64,000 nucleotides of DNA. Source: Thermoanaerobaculia bacterium (GTDB lineage Bacteria > Acidobacteriota > Thermoanaerobaculia > Multivoradales > JAHEKO01). The notes beneath the pieces are model-generated. The model had not been told where the DNA came from. It did no database searches and was given only the letters and a program-made list of their open reading frames with translations. Shown piece by piece: positions 19,367 through 27,606 of the stretch. Position numbers and translations under genes: made by a program. Location: the NCBI GenBank assembly GCA_046756565.1, contig JBHHWO010000001.1:18332-82331 (forward strand). The letters are read 5' to 3'. Each line of letters starts with the position of its first letter. The stretch's first letter is position 1.

Positions 19367-20656
19367 CTAGGACGCCCCTCGGGACCTCCTCCCACCGGTG
19401 ATCAGCCGCGCGGTCCGGCCGTGCGTGAAGTAGCTGTAGGCCCACTGAACGAGAACCAGGACCCGGTTCTCGAAACCGACCAGATACATGATGTGGATTG
19501 AGAGCCATAGGAGCCAGGCGAAAAACCCCGTAAAGCGCAGAAAACCGACATCGGCGACCGCGGCGGCTCGCCCGATCACCGCCAGGCTGCCACGATCCCG
19601 GTACCGGAACTCAGGAGTAGGTCTACCGGACAGCCGCCGCCCGATGAGCCGCGCAGCGAAGCGACCCTGCTGCATCGCTACGGGAGCGACTCCGGGCAGG
19701 GCTTCCCCGTCCGGCCCGGTGAAATGACAGATGTCCCCGATCGCCAGAAGCTCGGGATGGCCGGAAAGGGTGCAGTCAGGCTCGACGATGAGCCGCCCGC
19801 ACCGGTCGAGCTCAGCTCCGGTTCGCTCAGCCAGCCGGCCGGCCAGCGACGACGCCTTGACGCCGGCCGCCCAGAGGACGGTCCGCGCGGCCAATTCCGA
19901 GGTGCCGGCTTTCGAGCGCAGCGTCACGTAGCCGTCGCCGACGTCCTCGAGCAGGGTCTGCGACCGTACTTCGACACCGAGCCTCGCCAGGGACTTCTCC
20001 GCCGCGGCAGAGAGCGCCCTTCGATAGGGCGGCAGAACGCGATCCGCTCCTTCTATCAGGATGATTCGCGCCGACGCCGAGTCGATGTTCCGGAAGTCGC
20101 GCTTCAAGGTGTGCCTGGCAAGCTCCGCAATGGCTCCCACGAGCTCGACGCCGGTCGCCCCACCTCCCACCACGACGAAAGTCAAGAGTGCCTCTCGCTC
20201 GGCCTGGTTTCGGCTTCGCTCGGCGTCCTCGAAGGCCTTCAGGATCCGGCCACGGATCTCGGTGGCGTCGTCGACCGTCTTCAGCCCCGGCGCCAGCTCT
20301 TCCCACTCGGGACGTCCAAAATAGTGGTGACGCACACCGGTCGCGATGACCAGCGTGTCGTAGGGAAGGTCCCCGCTCTCGAACGACACTCGCCTGTCCC
20401 CGACGTCTATGTCGACCACCCTCTCCATGACGACCGTCACGTTTCCCTGTCGGTGGAGAATCGCGCGAATCGGCGCGCTGATGTCAGCGGGCGAGAGCCC
20501 TCCGGTCGCCACCTGGTAGAGCAACGGCTGAAAAAGATGGTAATTGCGCCGATCGACGAGCGTGACCTCGACCGGCGCGCGCTTGAGGCCCTTGGCGGCG
20601 GCAAGCCCAGCAAAACCGCCCCCGACGATGACGACCCTGTGACGATTCGGCCGCAT
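19367..20656 (-). CDS. ndh: Type II NADH:quinone oxidoreductase (NDH-2), FAD-dependent
   Basis: VVIVGGGFAGLAAAK and VVVGGGATGVELVG dinucleotide folds, GDICH, and a C-terminal amphipathic/membrane segment FFAWLLWLSIHIMYLVGFENR. Confidence 0.9.
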   Translation of the reverse strand: MRPNRHRVVIVGGGFAGLAAAKGLKRAPVEVTLVDRRNYHLFQPLLYQVATGGLSPADISAPIRAILHRQGNVTVVMERVVDIDVGDRRVSFESGDLPYDTLVIATGVRHHYFGRPEWEELAPGLKTVDDATEIRGRILKAFEDAERSRNQAEREALLTFVVVGGGATGVELVGAIAELARHTLKRDFRNIDSASARIILIEGADRVLPPYRRALSAAAEKSLARLGVEVRSQTLLEDVGDGYVTLRSKAGTSELAARTVLWAAGVKASSLAGRLAERTGAELDRCGRLIVEPDCTLSGHPELLAIGDICHFTGPDGEALPGVAPVAMQQGRFAARLIGRRLSGRPTPEFRYRDRGSLAVIGRAAAVADVGFLRFTGFFAWLLWLSIHIMYLVGFENRVLVLVQWAYSYFTHGRTARLITGGRRSRGAS

Positions 20657-20689
20657 GAGCCGATCCTATGGGCTTGCCGCCTCGACGAA

Positions 20690-20728
20690 GTCGAAAAAAG
20701 GGCCCCCGATTCTGAAATCGGCGGGGCA
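20690..20728 (-). terminator. Rho-independent terminator closing the sigma/anti-sigma/CHAT/small-ORF transcription unit
   Basis: The minus strand reads gccccgccgatt-tcag-aatcgggggc followed by ccttttttcg. The stem is 10 bp with a 2-nt bulge. It sits between the stop at 20755 and the ndh start at 20656. Confidence 0.65.
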
Positions 20729-20754
20729 TCGTGCACACGACCTGGTCGGGCCGA

Positions 20755-21093
20755 TCAGTCCATGAGGACCTTCGCCAGGCTCTGGCCCTGGTCCTTCTTG
20801 CGCTTCACCGCGACGCCGAAGATGTAGAGACCGGCTTTCCAGGTCTCCTTGCGGATCGGAACCACGCGGAGAATGTAGAAGCCGTCGAGCCGGACCTTGC
20901 TGACGCTGGTGATGTTCACCAGGGCGCCGCCGGGGCCAACGATGATCGAGTCGACTGCGAAGTTCCGCTTGGTCAGGCCCGTGACTGGTTTTCCGTCTTC
21001 GTCAGTCACCGAAACAACAATGTAGTTGGGCTTCCGGTTTCCCGGGGCCGCAATGGTGTCTTCCGAACGTGCTACGACTATCAATCTCGACAA
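20755..21093 (-). CDS. Hypothetical 112-aa protein (beta-rich, no signal peptide seen), last gene of the CHAT operon
   Basis: Clean ORF MSRLIVVARSEDTIAAPGNRKPNYIVVSVTDEDGKPVTGL... with protein-like composition. It starts 79 nt downstream of the CHAT gene and is followed by a terminator. No family recognised. Confidence 0.55.
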   Translation of the reverse strand: MSRLIVVARSEDTIAAPGNRKPNYIVVSVTDEDGKPVTGLTKRNFAVDSIIVGPGGALVNITSVSKVRLDGFYILRVVPIRKETWKAGLYIFGVAVKRKKDQGQSLAKVLMD

Positions 21094-21172
21094 CTTACGA
21101 CTCCTTCCTCTGGTCTGGAGAATTGCCGCACCATGCGGCAGTCAGTAAGACGAATCTGCGACCGAGAATCTC

Positions 21173-23920
21173 TCAACCGGACTTGCGCCGGAATCGAAGT
21201 CCGATGAGCACGAGCAGCCCGAGCCCGGCCAGCGCAACGACGACATGCACGGGCGAAACCGCGCGAATCCCGCCCGGCATTGGAACGAGATTTCCGTTTC
21301 CGAGCACCACGATGCCGCTCCAGGCCGACGCCGGACGACCCTCGGCGATCCACTGCCTCTGGGTCTCGGCCACGGCCTGACTCACTGTCTGTCCACGCGC
21401 GAGATTCCGGTAGAAGTCCTCGAAAAACGCCGCTGCCTGACGATCGTCCAGTCGCCACAGGCTCCCGACCACGGCGTGGGCGCCCGCCTCGAAGAAGGCC
21501 CGGGCGAGACTCAGAACACCCTCGCCCCGCAGCACGCTTCCCGACGCGCTGCTACAGGCCGACAGAACCACGAGCTTCCCGTCGAGCCCGTCGAGGCGCG
21601 CGATCTCGGCGGGACGCAAGAACCCGTCCTCCGATGGGTCGCCCGCCGCCAGCAGAATCGCCGAGCGCTGCGGCCGCTCCCAATCGGTCACCGCGTGCGC
21701 TGCGAAGTGGAGGACGTCGAACTCGTCCAGACTCTCCTCCTTGAGAGAGGACTCGCTCGCTCGCTCCCGGGAGAGGAGCCGGGTCGAAGAGCCGAAGTGA
21801 CGCGCCACACGTTTGCCCTCGCGCTCGGCAAAGGGAAGCGGCCCCAGGTCGGCGCCCGAGTCCAGAGCCCAGGCCCGCTGGGCGGCCGAGTCCGCTGTGT
21901 TCGGCAGCGTCGGATTGGCGAACACCAGCGCGGCGGCCGAACGCTCCCGGTCTGCGGTTTCCTCGCGCCCACGCCAACGCAGCCAGAGCTGAGCCGAAGG
22001 CGTCAGCGTGAGCTCGAAGCGATCGGCCAGCGGAGGAGACTCGACCTCGGGTCGGAGGGTGGCGAACGGCAACAGGTGAAGCAAACCATCGGGTACCAGA
22101 ACGAGTTTCCGAATCCCCGGCTCCAGACCGGCCAACGCCTTCTCGACCGTCTCCTGGAAGAGCCGCACGGCAGGCCGGCCCTCGGGCTCCGGAAGTCCCA
22201 GGAACGCCTTGATCCAGGGCTCGAGCGAAGCCCGGTCGGCACCCAGTGCATGCAGCCGCCTACCCGACCGGGTCACGACCAGGAGCCAGGACCCGCCGAG
22301 GAACCGCCCATCCCAGCCGCGCCAGAGGCCGACTTGAAACGACAAGAGCGCTTCGTCCGGAGCCAGAGCCTCGGCAACGCGGTCCAGAAGGTCGGGACCC
22401 GGAGTGTCGAAGCCGGGGGATGAGGAGCTGGCGACGGCCAGCCGGCTTTGGAGCTCCGCTTCGCGCGCCTCCAGAGCGGCAAGGCTCTCGAGCGCGGAAC
22501 GACGGTCTTCGGCGGCCAATCCCGGATCGAGAAGTCTGCGGTAGCTCTGGACGAGCTCCAGATCGAGCTGTCTGAGGCTGCCGACCAGATCTGCCGGCAA
22601 CTCCCTCTCGGCGCCCCGCTCTTGACCCAGGACCTCTCGCAGCTCCTGCGACCTCAAGCGCTCAATCACCGCAAACGCTCGCCGAATCTCCTCGGGCGAC
22701 GGCGAGTCGGACAGCAGGCGGCCCGCCTGCCAGTAGTAGGCGTCGGCCCAGGCCGAGAGCAACCGATTCGAGGCGGCGCCGACCTGGGCTCGGCGCAGAG
22801 TCTCGATCGCGCCCAAGACGACGTCGGCTCCGGCGAGTGCCTGCTCCCTGGATTCGGTTTCCCAGAGGACGCGCAAGTGGTCAGCCCAGCCGTAGAAGAG
22901 GGCCCAGGGGCCCGGATTGGCGAGACCCGCCGCATAGGCTTGGTCCAAGAGCAGGCGTGCCTCGCCAGGATCTTCGGCAAGGCGCAAGCTGGCGAGCGAG
23001 AGAAGACATCGGCGCTCGAGGTCGGTGTCCCGAATCGACCGAGCGAGCTCGCGGCAACGCAGCAGGTGGTCGCCAGCTTCGGGTCCGGCGGAGAACTCGG
23101 CAACCAATCGACGGGCCTGGGCCTCGACCTCCGCGTGCCCCACGCTCTGGGCCAGCTCGAGCAGGCCGTTGAGCTCGCAGAGAACGCGTCGCCGGCTCTC
23201 GTCATCGGGCAGCTCGGTTCTGAGCGTCCCGTAGACCGCGTTGTAGCCGGCCGACACCCGATCCCGCGACGTGCCGTTGGCCTCGGCCAGACGCTTGGCC
23301 TCTTGAGCGTACTGGTGGGACTCCGACTGAAGTCCCAGATCCAGCGACACCGTGACCAGAGATCGCAGACACTCGAGCATGACGAGATACGAGGTCGAGT
23401 CCGCGGCAGACAGAGTCTCGTGGGCCGTCCTGAGGCGGCGCCGGGCCCGCTCGAGGTCCTCCCCTTTGAGCATCAGATAGTGAGCCTCGGCGATCAGGAC
23501 CCGGGCACGGTCCTCGGGAGCCAGTCGCTCGCCGGCCAGACTCCGGGCGGCGGCCAGCTGTAGGGCGGCACCCTCGAAATCACGGCCAAAGCCCAGAAAG
23601 GTCACCAGACTGGTCCGAGCGTGGATCTCGCCCGAGGCATCGCCGGTTCGCGAAAACTCCTCGGCCGCTCCGATCAGCAGCTCTAGGACCGCCGGATCGG
23701 AAAACCGCAGCAGCCGCGCCCGGAAGTAGCTCAGCCAGGCGGACTCCGGGTGAGCCTCGGCCAGACTCGCGAGCTCTTCGGCGCCCTCGCGCCTGCGGTT
23801 TTCCTGCCGAGCCCGGCGATAGACACAGTCTGCTACACGCCGATCGGTCTCGCCGACTCGGATCTCCTCCCGGCATACCGGGAAGAGATTCTGCGCTCGG
23901 CCGGGCACGGCCGCGACCAA
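21173..23920 (-). CDS. TPR-repeat / CHAT (caspase-like clan CD) protease domain protein with a C-terminal transmembrane anchor
   Basis: The N-terminal ~550 aa are helical and TPR-like. The CHAT core has the His motif VLHFAAHAV and the Cys motif LVVLSACSSASG. The C-terminal VVVALAGLGLLVLIGLRFRRKSG is a TM helix. The listed start is a TTG, and the true start is uncertain (see findings). Confidence 0.85.
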   Translation of the reverse strand: MVAAVPGRAQNLFPVCREEIRVGETDRRVADCVYRRARQENRRREGAEELASLAEAHPESAWLSYFRARLLRFSDPAVLELLIGAAEEFSRTGDASGEIHARTSLVTFLGFGRDFEGAALQLAAARSLAGERLAPEDRARVLIAEAHYLMLKGEDLERARRRLRTAHETLSAADSTSYLVMLECLRSLVTVSLDLGLQSESHQYAQEAKRLAEANGTSRDRVSAGYNAVYGTLRTELPDDESRRRVLCELNGLLELAQSVGHAEVEAQARRLVAEFSAGPEAGDHLLRCRELARSIRDTDLERRCLLSLASLRLAEDPGEARLLLDQAYAAGLANPGPWALFYGWADHLRVLWETESREQALAGADVVLGAIETLRRAQVGAASNRLLSAWADAYYWQAGRLLSDSPSPEEIRRAFAVIERLRSQELREVLGQERGAERELPADLVGSLRQLDLELVQSYRRLLDPGLAAEDRRSALESLAALEAREAELQSRLAVASSSSPGFDTPGPDLLDRVAEALAPDEALLSFQVGLWRGWDGRFLGGSWLLVVTRSGRRLHALGADRASLEPWIKAFLGLPEPEGRPAVRLFQETVEKALAGLEPGIRKLVLVPDGLLHLLPFATLRPEVESPPLADRFELTLTPSAQLWLRWRGREETADRERSAAALVFANPTLPNTADSAAQRAWALDSGADLGPLPFAEREGKRVARHFGSSTRLLSRERASESSLKEESLDEFDVLHFAAHAVTDWERPQRSAILLAAGDPSEDGFLRPAEIARLDGLDGKLVVLSACSSASGSVLRGEGVLSLARAFFEAGAHAVVGSLWRLDDRQAAAFFEDFYRNLARGQTVSQAVAETQRQWIAEGRPASAWSGIVVLGNGNLVPMPGGIRAVSPVHVVVALAGLGLLVLIGLRFRRKSG

Positions 23921-23965
23921 AAGGGCGAGAATGGCCGGCGCGACTCTCAGGTCGTCAATCTTCCG

Positions 23966-24643
23966 CTATCGAACACTGAACGGAAAGGTACCGCTGGCTA
24001 TCGTGCCCTCCCCGGGCCGCTGGACTTCGATGTAGGCGAGCAGACGCTCGATCGAGCGGTCGGCGGGCAGGAGCTCGGCCGGCACGAGGTACTCCGGCCG
24101 GTCCAGATCAACGGCTTTCGACACCGCATCCAGATCCTCCGTCGAGACGATGACCTCGTATCTGGCGTCCTCGTAGGCCGTCCAGCGAAGGAGACACTTG
24201 TCGCGCGGTAGGGGCTCGCTGCCGATCTCGAGTTTCACACCCGCCACGCCGGCCGAGCGGGTAACGGGCTCGGGTCCTTGCAACGGCTGGCCGATCACCA
24301 GCCCGATGACGACCACCAGAGCCGCCGCGGCGAGGACCGACGCGGCTTTTTGCCACCCGAGGGACACCGAGCGTGAAGCTCTCGCATCGGCGGGCTCGCT
24401 CTTCTCGACCTCTTCGGCCAACCGCCAGGCTTCCGTGCAAGCGCCGCACGACGCCACATGCCCGAGGACCCGACGCAGAGCGCTAGGATCGAGCTCGTCT
24501 CGGACGGCGTCCATGATCTCGCCGGCCGGCGGACAGTCCTGTGAGGGAATGTCCTGAGCTCCGAATTGCATGAACGCCTCGCGCATACGCTCGACTTCCT
24601 CCGAAGTCACCGTCACGGCGTCAGCTCCATGCCGCGGAGACAT
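23966..24643 (-). CDS. Anti-sigma factor (zf-HC2 type), single-pass membrane protein
   Basis: N-terminal H-x3-C-x2-C motif (LGHVASCGACTEAW), TM helix AASVLAAAALVVVIGLVIG, and a ~110-aa extracytoplasmic domain. It overlaps the 3' end of the sigma gene. Confidence 0.8.
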   Translation of the reverse strand: MSPRHGADAVTVTSEEVERMREAFMQFGAQDIPSQDCPPAGEIMDAVRDELDPSALRRVLGHVASCGACTEAWRLAEEVEKSEPADARASRSVSLGWQKAASVLAAAALVVVIGLVIGQPLQGPEPVTRSAGVAGVKLEIGSEPLPRDKCLLRWTAYEDARYEVIVSTEDLDAVSKAVDLDRPEYLVPAELLPADRSIERLLAYIEVQRPGEGTIASGTFPFSVR

Positions 24644-25155
24644 TCCCTCAGGCCCTCGAGGCCGCGGTATACCAGGTTACTTGCGCGTTTCGTGTTCCAA
24701 CCCATCTTTTGAGCGATCTGCGGCACCTTGTACCCCAGCAAATGGAGAGTTACCGCCAGTTTTCGGGGTTCTACCAGCTGCTCAAGACATTTCCTGATTC
24801 CCGCCGAGATCTCTCGACCGAACGACTCCCGCTCTGGACTCGGCCGGGTCTCGGGCACTGGCATTTCCTCTCCTGTCGTCGTTTCTAGTGGAATCTCCTT
24901 ACGGCTTCGCTGTCTGCGGATTTCATCGACCAGGGCCGAATACGCCACCTTCCGTAGATAAGACGCAGGAAACTCCCTATCTGTCTCTCTTTTCTCGGCG
25001 ATTCGCATAAGCGCCATCATTCCCGCCTGGACGAGATCGTCTTCTCGGTCGCGCAGCCAGGCCGGGCAAACGCTGCGCACCGCCGCCAAGAGTTTTTTTC
25101 GAATACGAGAGTACTCGTCGCCACCAGTCAATGGTTCTCCTGTGCAATGATCCAA
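24613..25155 (-). CDS. ECF-type RNA polymerase sigma-70 family factor
   Basis: Region 2 (DDLVQAGMMALMRIAEKRE...YLRKVAYSALVDEIRRQ) and region 4 HTH (LLGYKVPQIAQKMGWNTKRASNLVYRGLEGLR). The listed start is a TTG at 25155. A TTG at 25131 preceded by AGGAGA is a better candidate start. Confidence 0.85.
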   Translation of the reverse strand: MDHCTGEPLTGGDEYSRIRKKLLAAVRSVCPAWLRDREDDLVQAGMMALMRIAEKRETDREFPASYLRKVAYSALVDEIRRQRSRKEIPLETTTGEEMPVPETRPSPERESFGREISAGIRKCLEQLVEPRKLAVTLHLLGYKVPQIAQKMGWNTKRASNLVYRGLEGLRECLRGMELTP

Positions 25156-25262
25156 TCAATATTGTAACCCTCATGTGAGACAAGAGGCTGCCGCGCTACG
25201 TCGCATAGACAGCCACGGGGTTGTGAGCAGTTGACGAGATGGGATCTCTAAAGGAGGACGGC

Positions 25263-25901
25263 ATGAAGAGAAACTCTGGTTGGCGAACAGGGGGCGCCGC
25301 TGTGCTTGGACTCGCACTCGCAGCCGGCGCCGCACAAGCACAGACCACGCGCTGGTGGGACTGGGCGCTCTCGCCGCAACTGGGATCGGCGGAGCTGTCT
25401 CTCGAGAAACGCCTCTACGAGCCCGCCAAGGACGAGGTCGCCTGCATGCGCTGCAAGCACTACGCGGAGCTGCGCGTGGGCATCGATGAGCAGGACTTCC
25501 AGGGGGCCGACTTCGACGTCACTCACTTCATCGCGGGCTACCGGTACTACGCTTACGTCCAATTGAAGGACGGACCCCGAGGGCACAAGGTCGACGGCGG
25601 CTGGGCGGCCTATCTCGGCGCCGGCCTCGGTCGCTATGAGCTCGATCCAGGCGAGCCGGTTTCAGGATGGAATGCCCGGTTCGGTGTCGACAAGAAAGTA
25701 ACCGAGACCTGCAAAGGCGGAAAACCCCGAAAATGGGCCCTGGACTGGGAGGTCAGCGCGACCTATCACAACCTGTCGGTCCCGGGGGCCGATTTCGACT
25801 ACTGGAACTTCCAGACCGGCCCCCGCTTCCTCTTTCCCAGCTCCCGAGACACAGAGCGCGCGGAGTACTTGAAGATCTGCGAGCTCGAAGGCGAACAGTG
25901 A
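25263..25901 (+). CDS. Secreted hypothetical protein, possibly a small outer-membrane beta-barrel
   Basis: ATG at 25263 preceded by AAGGAGGA. Signal peptide MKRNSGWRTGGAAVLGLALAAGAAQAQ. Alternating aromatic/polar strands (YRYYAYVQL, WALDWEVSATYHNL, NFQTGPRFLF). Confidence 0.55.
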   Translation: MKRNSGWRTGGAAVLGLALAAGAAQAQTTRWWDWALSPQLGSAELSLEKRLYEPAKDEVACMRCKHYAELRVGIDEQDFQGADFDVTHFIAGYRYYAYVQLKDGPRGHKVDGGWAAYLGAGLGRYELDPGEPVSGWNARFGVDKKVTETCKGGKPRKWALDWEVSATYHNLSVPGADFDYWNFQTGPRFLFPSSRDTERAEYLKICELEGEQ

Positions 25902-25905
25902 CTCT

Positions 25906-25936
25906 GGCGGGGGCGAGCGTGCCGCTCGCCCCCGCC
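25906..25936. terminator. GC-rich hairpin between convergent genes (putative bidirectional terminator)
   Basis: ggcgggggcgagcg-tgc-cgctcgcccccgcc, a 14-bp perfect stem. There is no strong T-tract on either side. Confidence 0.5.
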
Positions 25937-25975
25937 CTTCCCGACCGCTCCCGGAGCGCGCTCCCGGAGCGAGGT

Positions 25976-26887
25976 CTAGAGGTCGGCTACCAGGGAGACC
26001 GTCAGGATCGAGTCCAGGCTGTCCAGCTCTGCCAGGATTCGCTCGCCGGTGACGAAATCGCCCTGAACAACGAGCACTTCGCCAAGCGCTGGAAGATTGT
26101 CGTAGAGGAGCTGGAGACTTACTTTCAGAGCCAGACGCTCGCTCAAGGTCGCTGATATGGAGTTAACGATATCGGCGCGGTAGTCCGACGTTTCGTCGAT
26201 GTTGCCATCGAAGATGAGAGCGCTCTCGAACGAAGTCGAGGGGTTCAGTCGGCGCCAGTAGTCGTACGAAAGCCGCAAGCCACCAAAGCTGTCGTTTTCT
26301 CCGGAGACATCTGCCTGATCGGTAACGGTGGCGCCGTAGTCAGTTCGGAGTCGCGTCGTCTTCGACTCCTGCCACACGTGGCCGACACCGCCAAAGGCTG
26401 CCGTCCGGCTGTTGATTCCGGCGAATTCGTTCCGGTCCCATCCCAGTCCTGCGAACCAAAACAGCTTCTTGGACAGCTCCCGATCGTAGCGGCTCCTGAG
26501 AAAGTAGTTCTCGGCGGTGAGCATCGACTCGCTGGACTCCCGAATCACGAAATCGGACGCCGTTCCGACCGCCACTCTCGAGGTCGTGGTGGTCTCCGCG
26601 CGCACCGCACCCGCCGCTATCTCGAGAGAGGCACCCTGCCACCTGCGGGTGGCCGTATTGCGCAGCGAGATCGTCTGGACTTCGGCGTTTCCCTCGCTCG
26701 CGAACAGAGCGAGCTCGGCGGTGTCGAACCAGCCGATCGGCGGAGCCTCTTCGTCCTGGGCCGAGAGGGCGCCTGCCGACACGAGCACACAGCCAACTGC
26801 GCCGACGGCCAGAAGACGAGCTCGACCCGAAATACAAGAACACATGGTGGAGAAGCTCGGAAGAGAGTCCTTGGAAGCGGGAAGCAC
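25976..26887 (-). CDS. DUF481 family outer-membrane protein (YdiY-like)
   Basis: Signal-like ARLLAVGAVGCVLVSAGALSAQ and beta-strand repeats ending in ...LALKVSLQLLYDNLPALGEV, the characteristic DUF481 C-terminal block. The start may be an internal Met. Confidence 0.8.
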   Translation of the reverse strand: MLPASKDSLPSFSTMCSCISGRARLLAVGAVGCVLVSAGALSAQDEEAPPIGWFDTAELALFASEGNAEVQTISLRNTATRRWQGASLEIAAGAVRAETTTTSRVAVGTASDFVIRESSESMLTAENYFLRSRYDRELSKKLFWFAGLGWDRNEFAGINSRTAAFGGVGHVWQESKTTRLRTDYGATVTDQADVSGENDSFGGLRLSYDYWRRLNPSTSFESALIFDGNIDETSDYRADIVNSISATLSERLALKVSLQLLYDNLPALGEVLVVQGDFVTGERILAELDSLDSILTVSLVADL

Positions 26888-26945
26888 TAGGCTTCGCAGC
26901 CGTACGCTCGATCTACGGAGATACGCGCGGCCAGAACGGCGACGG

Positions 26946-27377
26946 TCAGCTGGCCGGAGAGATGGTCAAGGTGTATTCGATGATCGTTTCATCCGGCAGG
27001 AAACCGGTATCGAAAACCAAAAAGCAATAGTCGGCCTGGTTGAGGCCCAGAACCACGAGATCGCCGACCCGGGCCGAGACCGAGTAGGTGGGCGAGCACT
27101 GATCTTCGGCTGGACGACCCACGCCGACCCCCAGCACCCACTCGGTGTCCGCCGGCTCCACGCCTTCGACCGGCTTCTCGTCGAGGCGGGTGAATTGGAC
27201 GTGGACCGTGCCGCTGTCCGAGAGCACGACGGGATGGATGTTCCTGCCGTCGGCACCGATCTCCGACTCGAAGACGAGAGGATCCTGAATCGGAGATGTC
27301 GAGCTGTCGCAAGCGAGCCCGAGACTCGCGACGACGAGCAACAGAAGCAAGTTTCGAGCTGGTGAGCGTCTCATCAT
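26946..27377 (-). CDS. Hypothetical lipoprotein (143 aa)
   Basis: MMRRSPARNLLLLLVVASLGLACDSS (lipobox LGLAC). Lies upstream of, and is co-oriented with, the DUF481 gene. Confidence 0.6.
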   Translation of the reverse strand: MMRRSPARNLLLLLVVASLGLACDSSTSPIQDPLVFESEIGADGRNIHPVVLSDSGTVHVQFTRLDEKPVEGVEPADTEWVLGVGVGRPAEDQCSPTYSVSARVGDLVVLGLNQADYCFLVFDTGFLPDETIIEYTLTISPAS

Positions 27378-27606
27378 GTTCTCCGCCGGGAGGCGCCCAT
27401 TTCGGGGCGGCCCTAAGACTATGGGTCTTCGCCCGGTCTATGCAAATTCAGTGCTCGATTCCGAGCCAGGTCCTTTTCCCAGCCGCCCTTTCGGGTGGGC
27501 GGGCGCCACCTCCTCGGGTGTGGTGACCGACGCACCCCTCCTGAAAATCTTTCTCGAGCCCGCGCTCTGCCTATCGCAGTGAGCCAAAAAAAGGAGGGCT
27601 TCCAAT

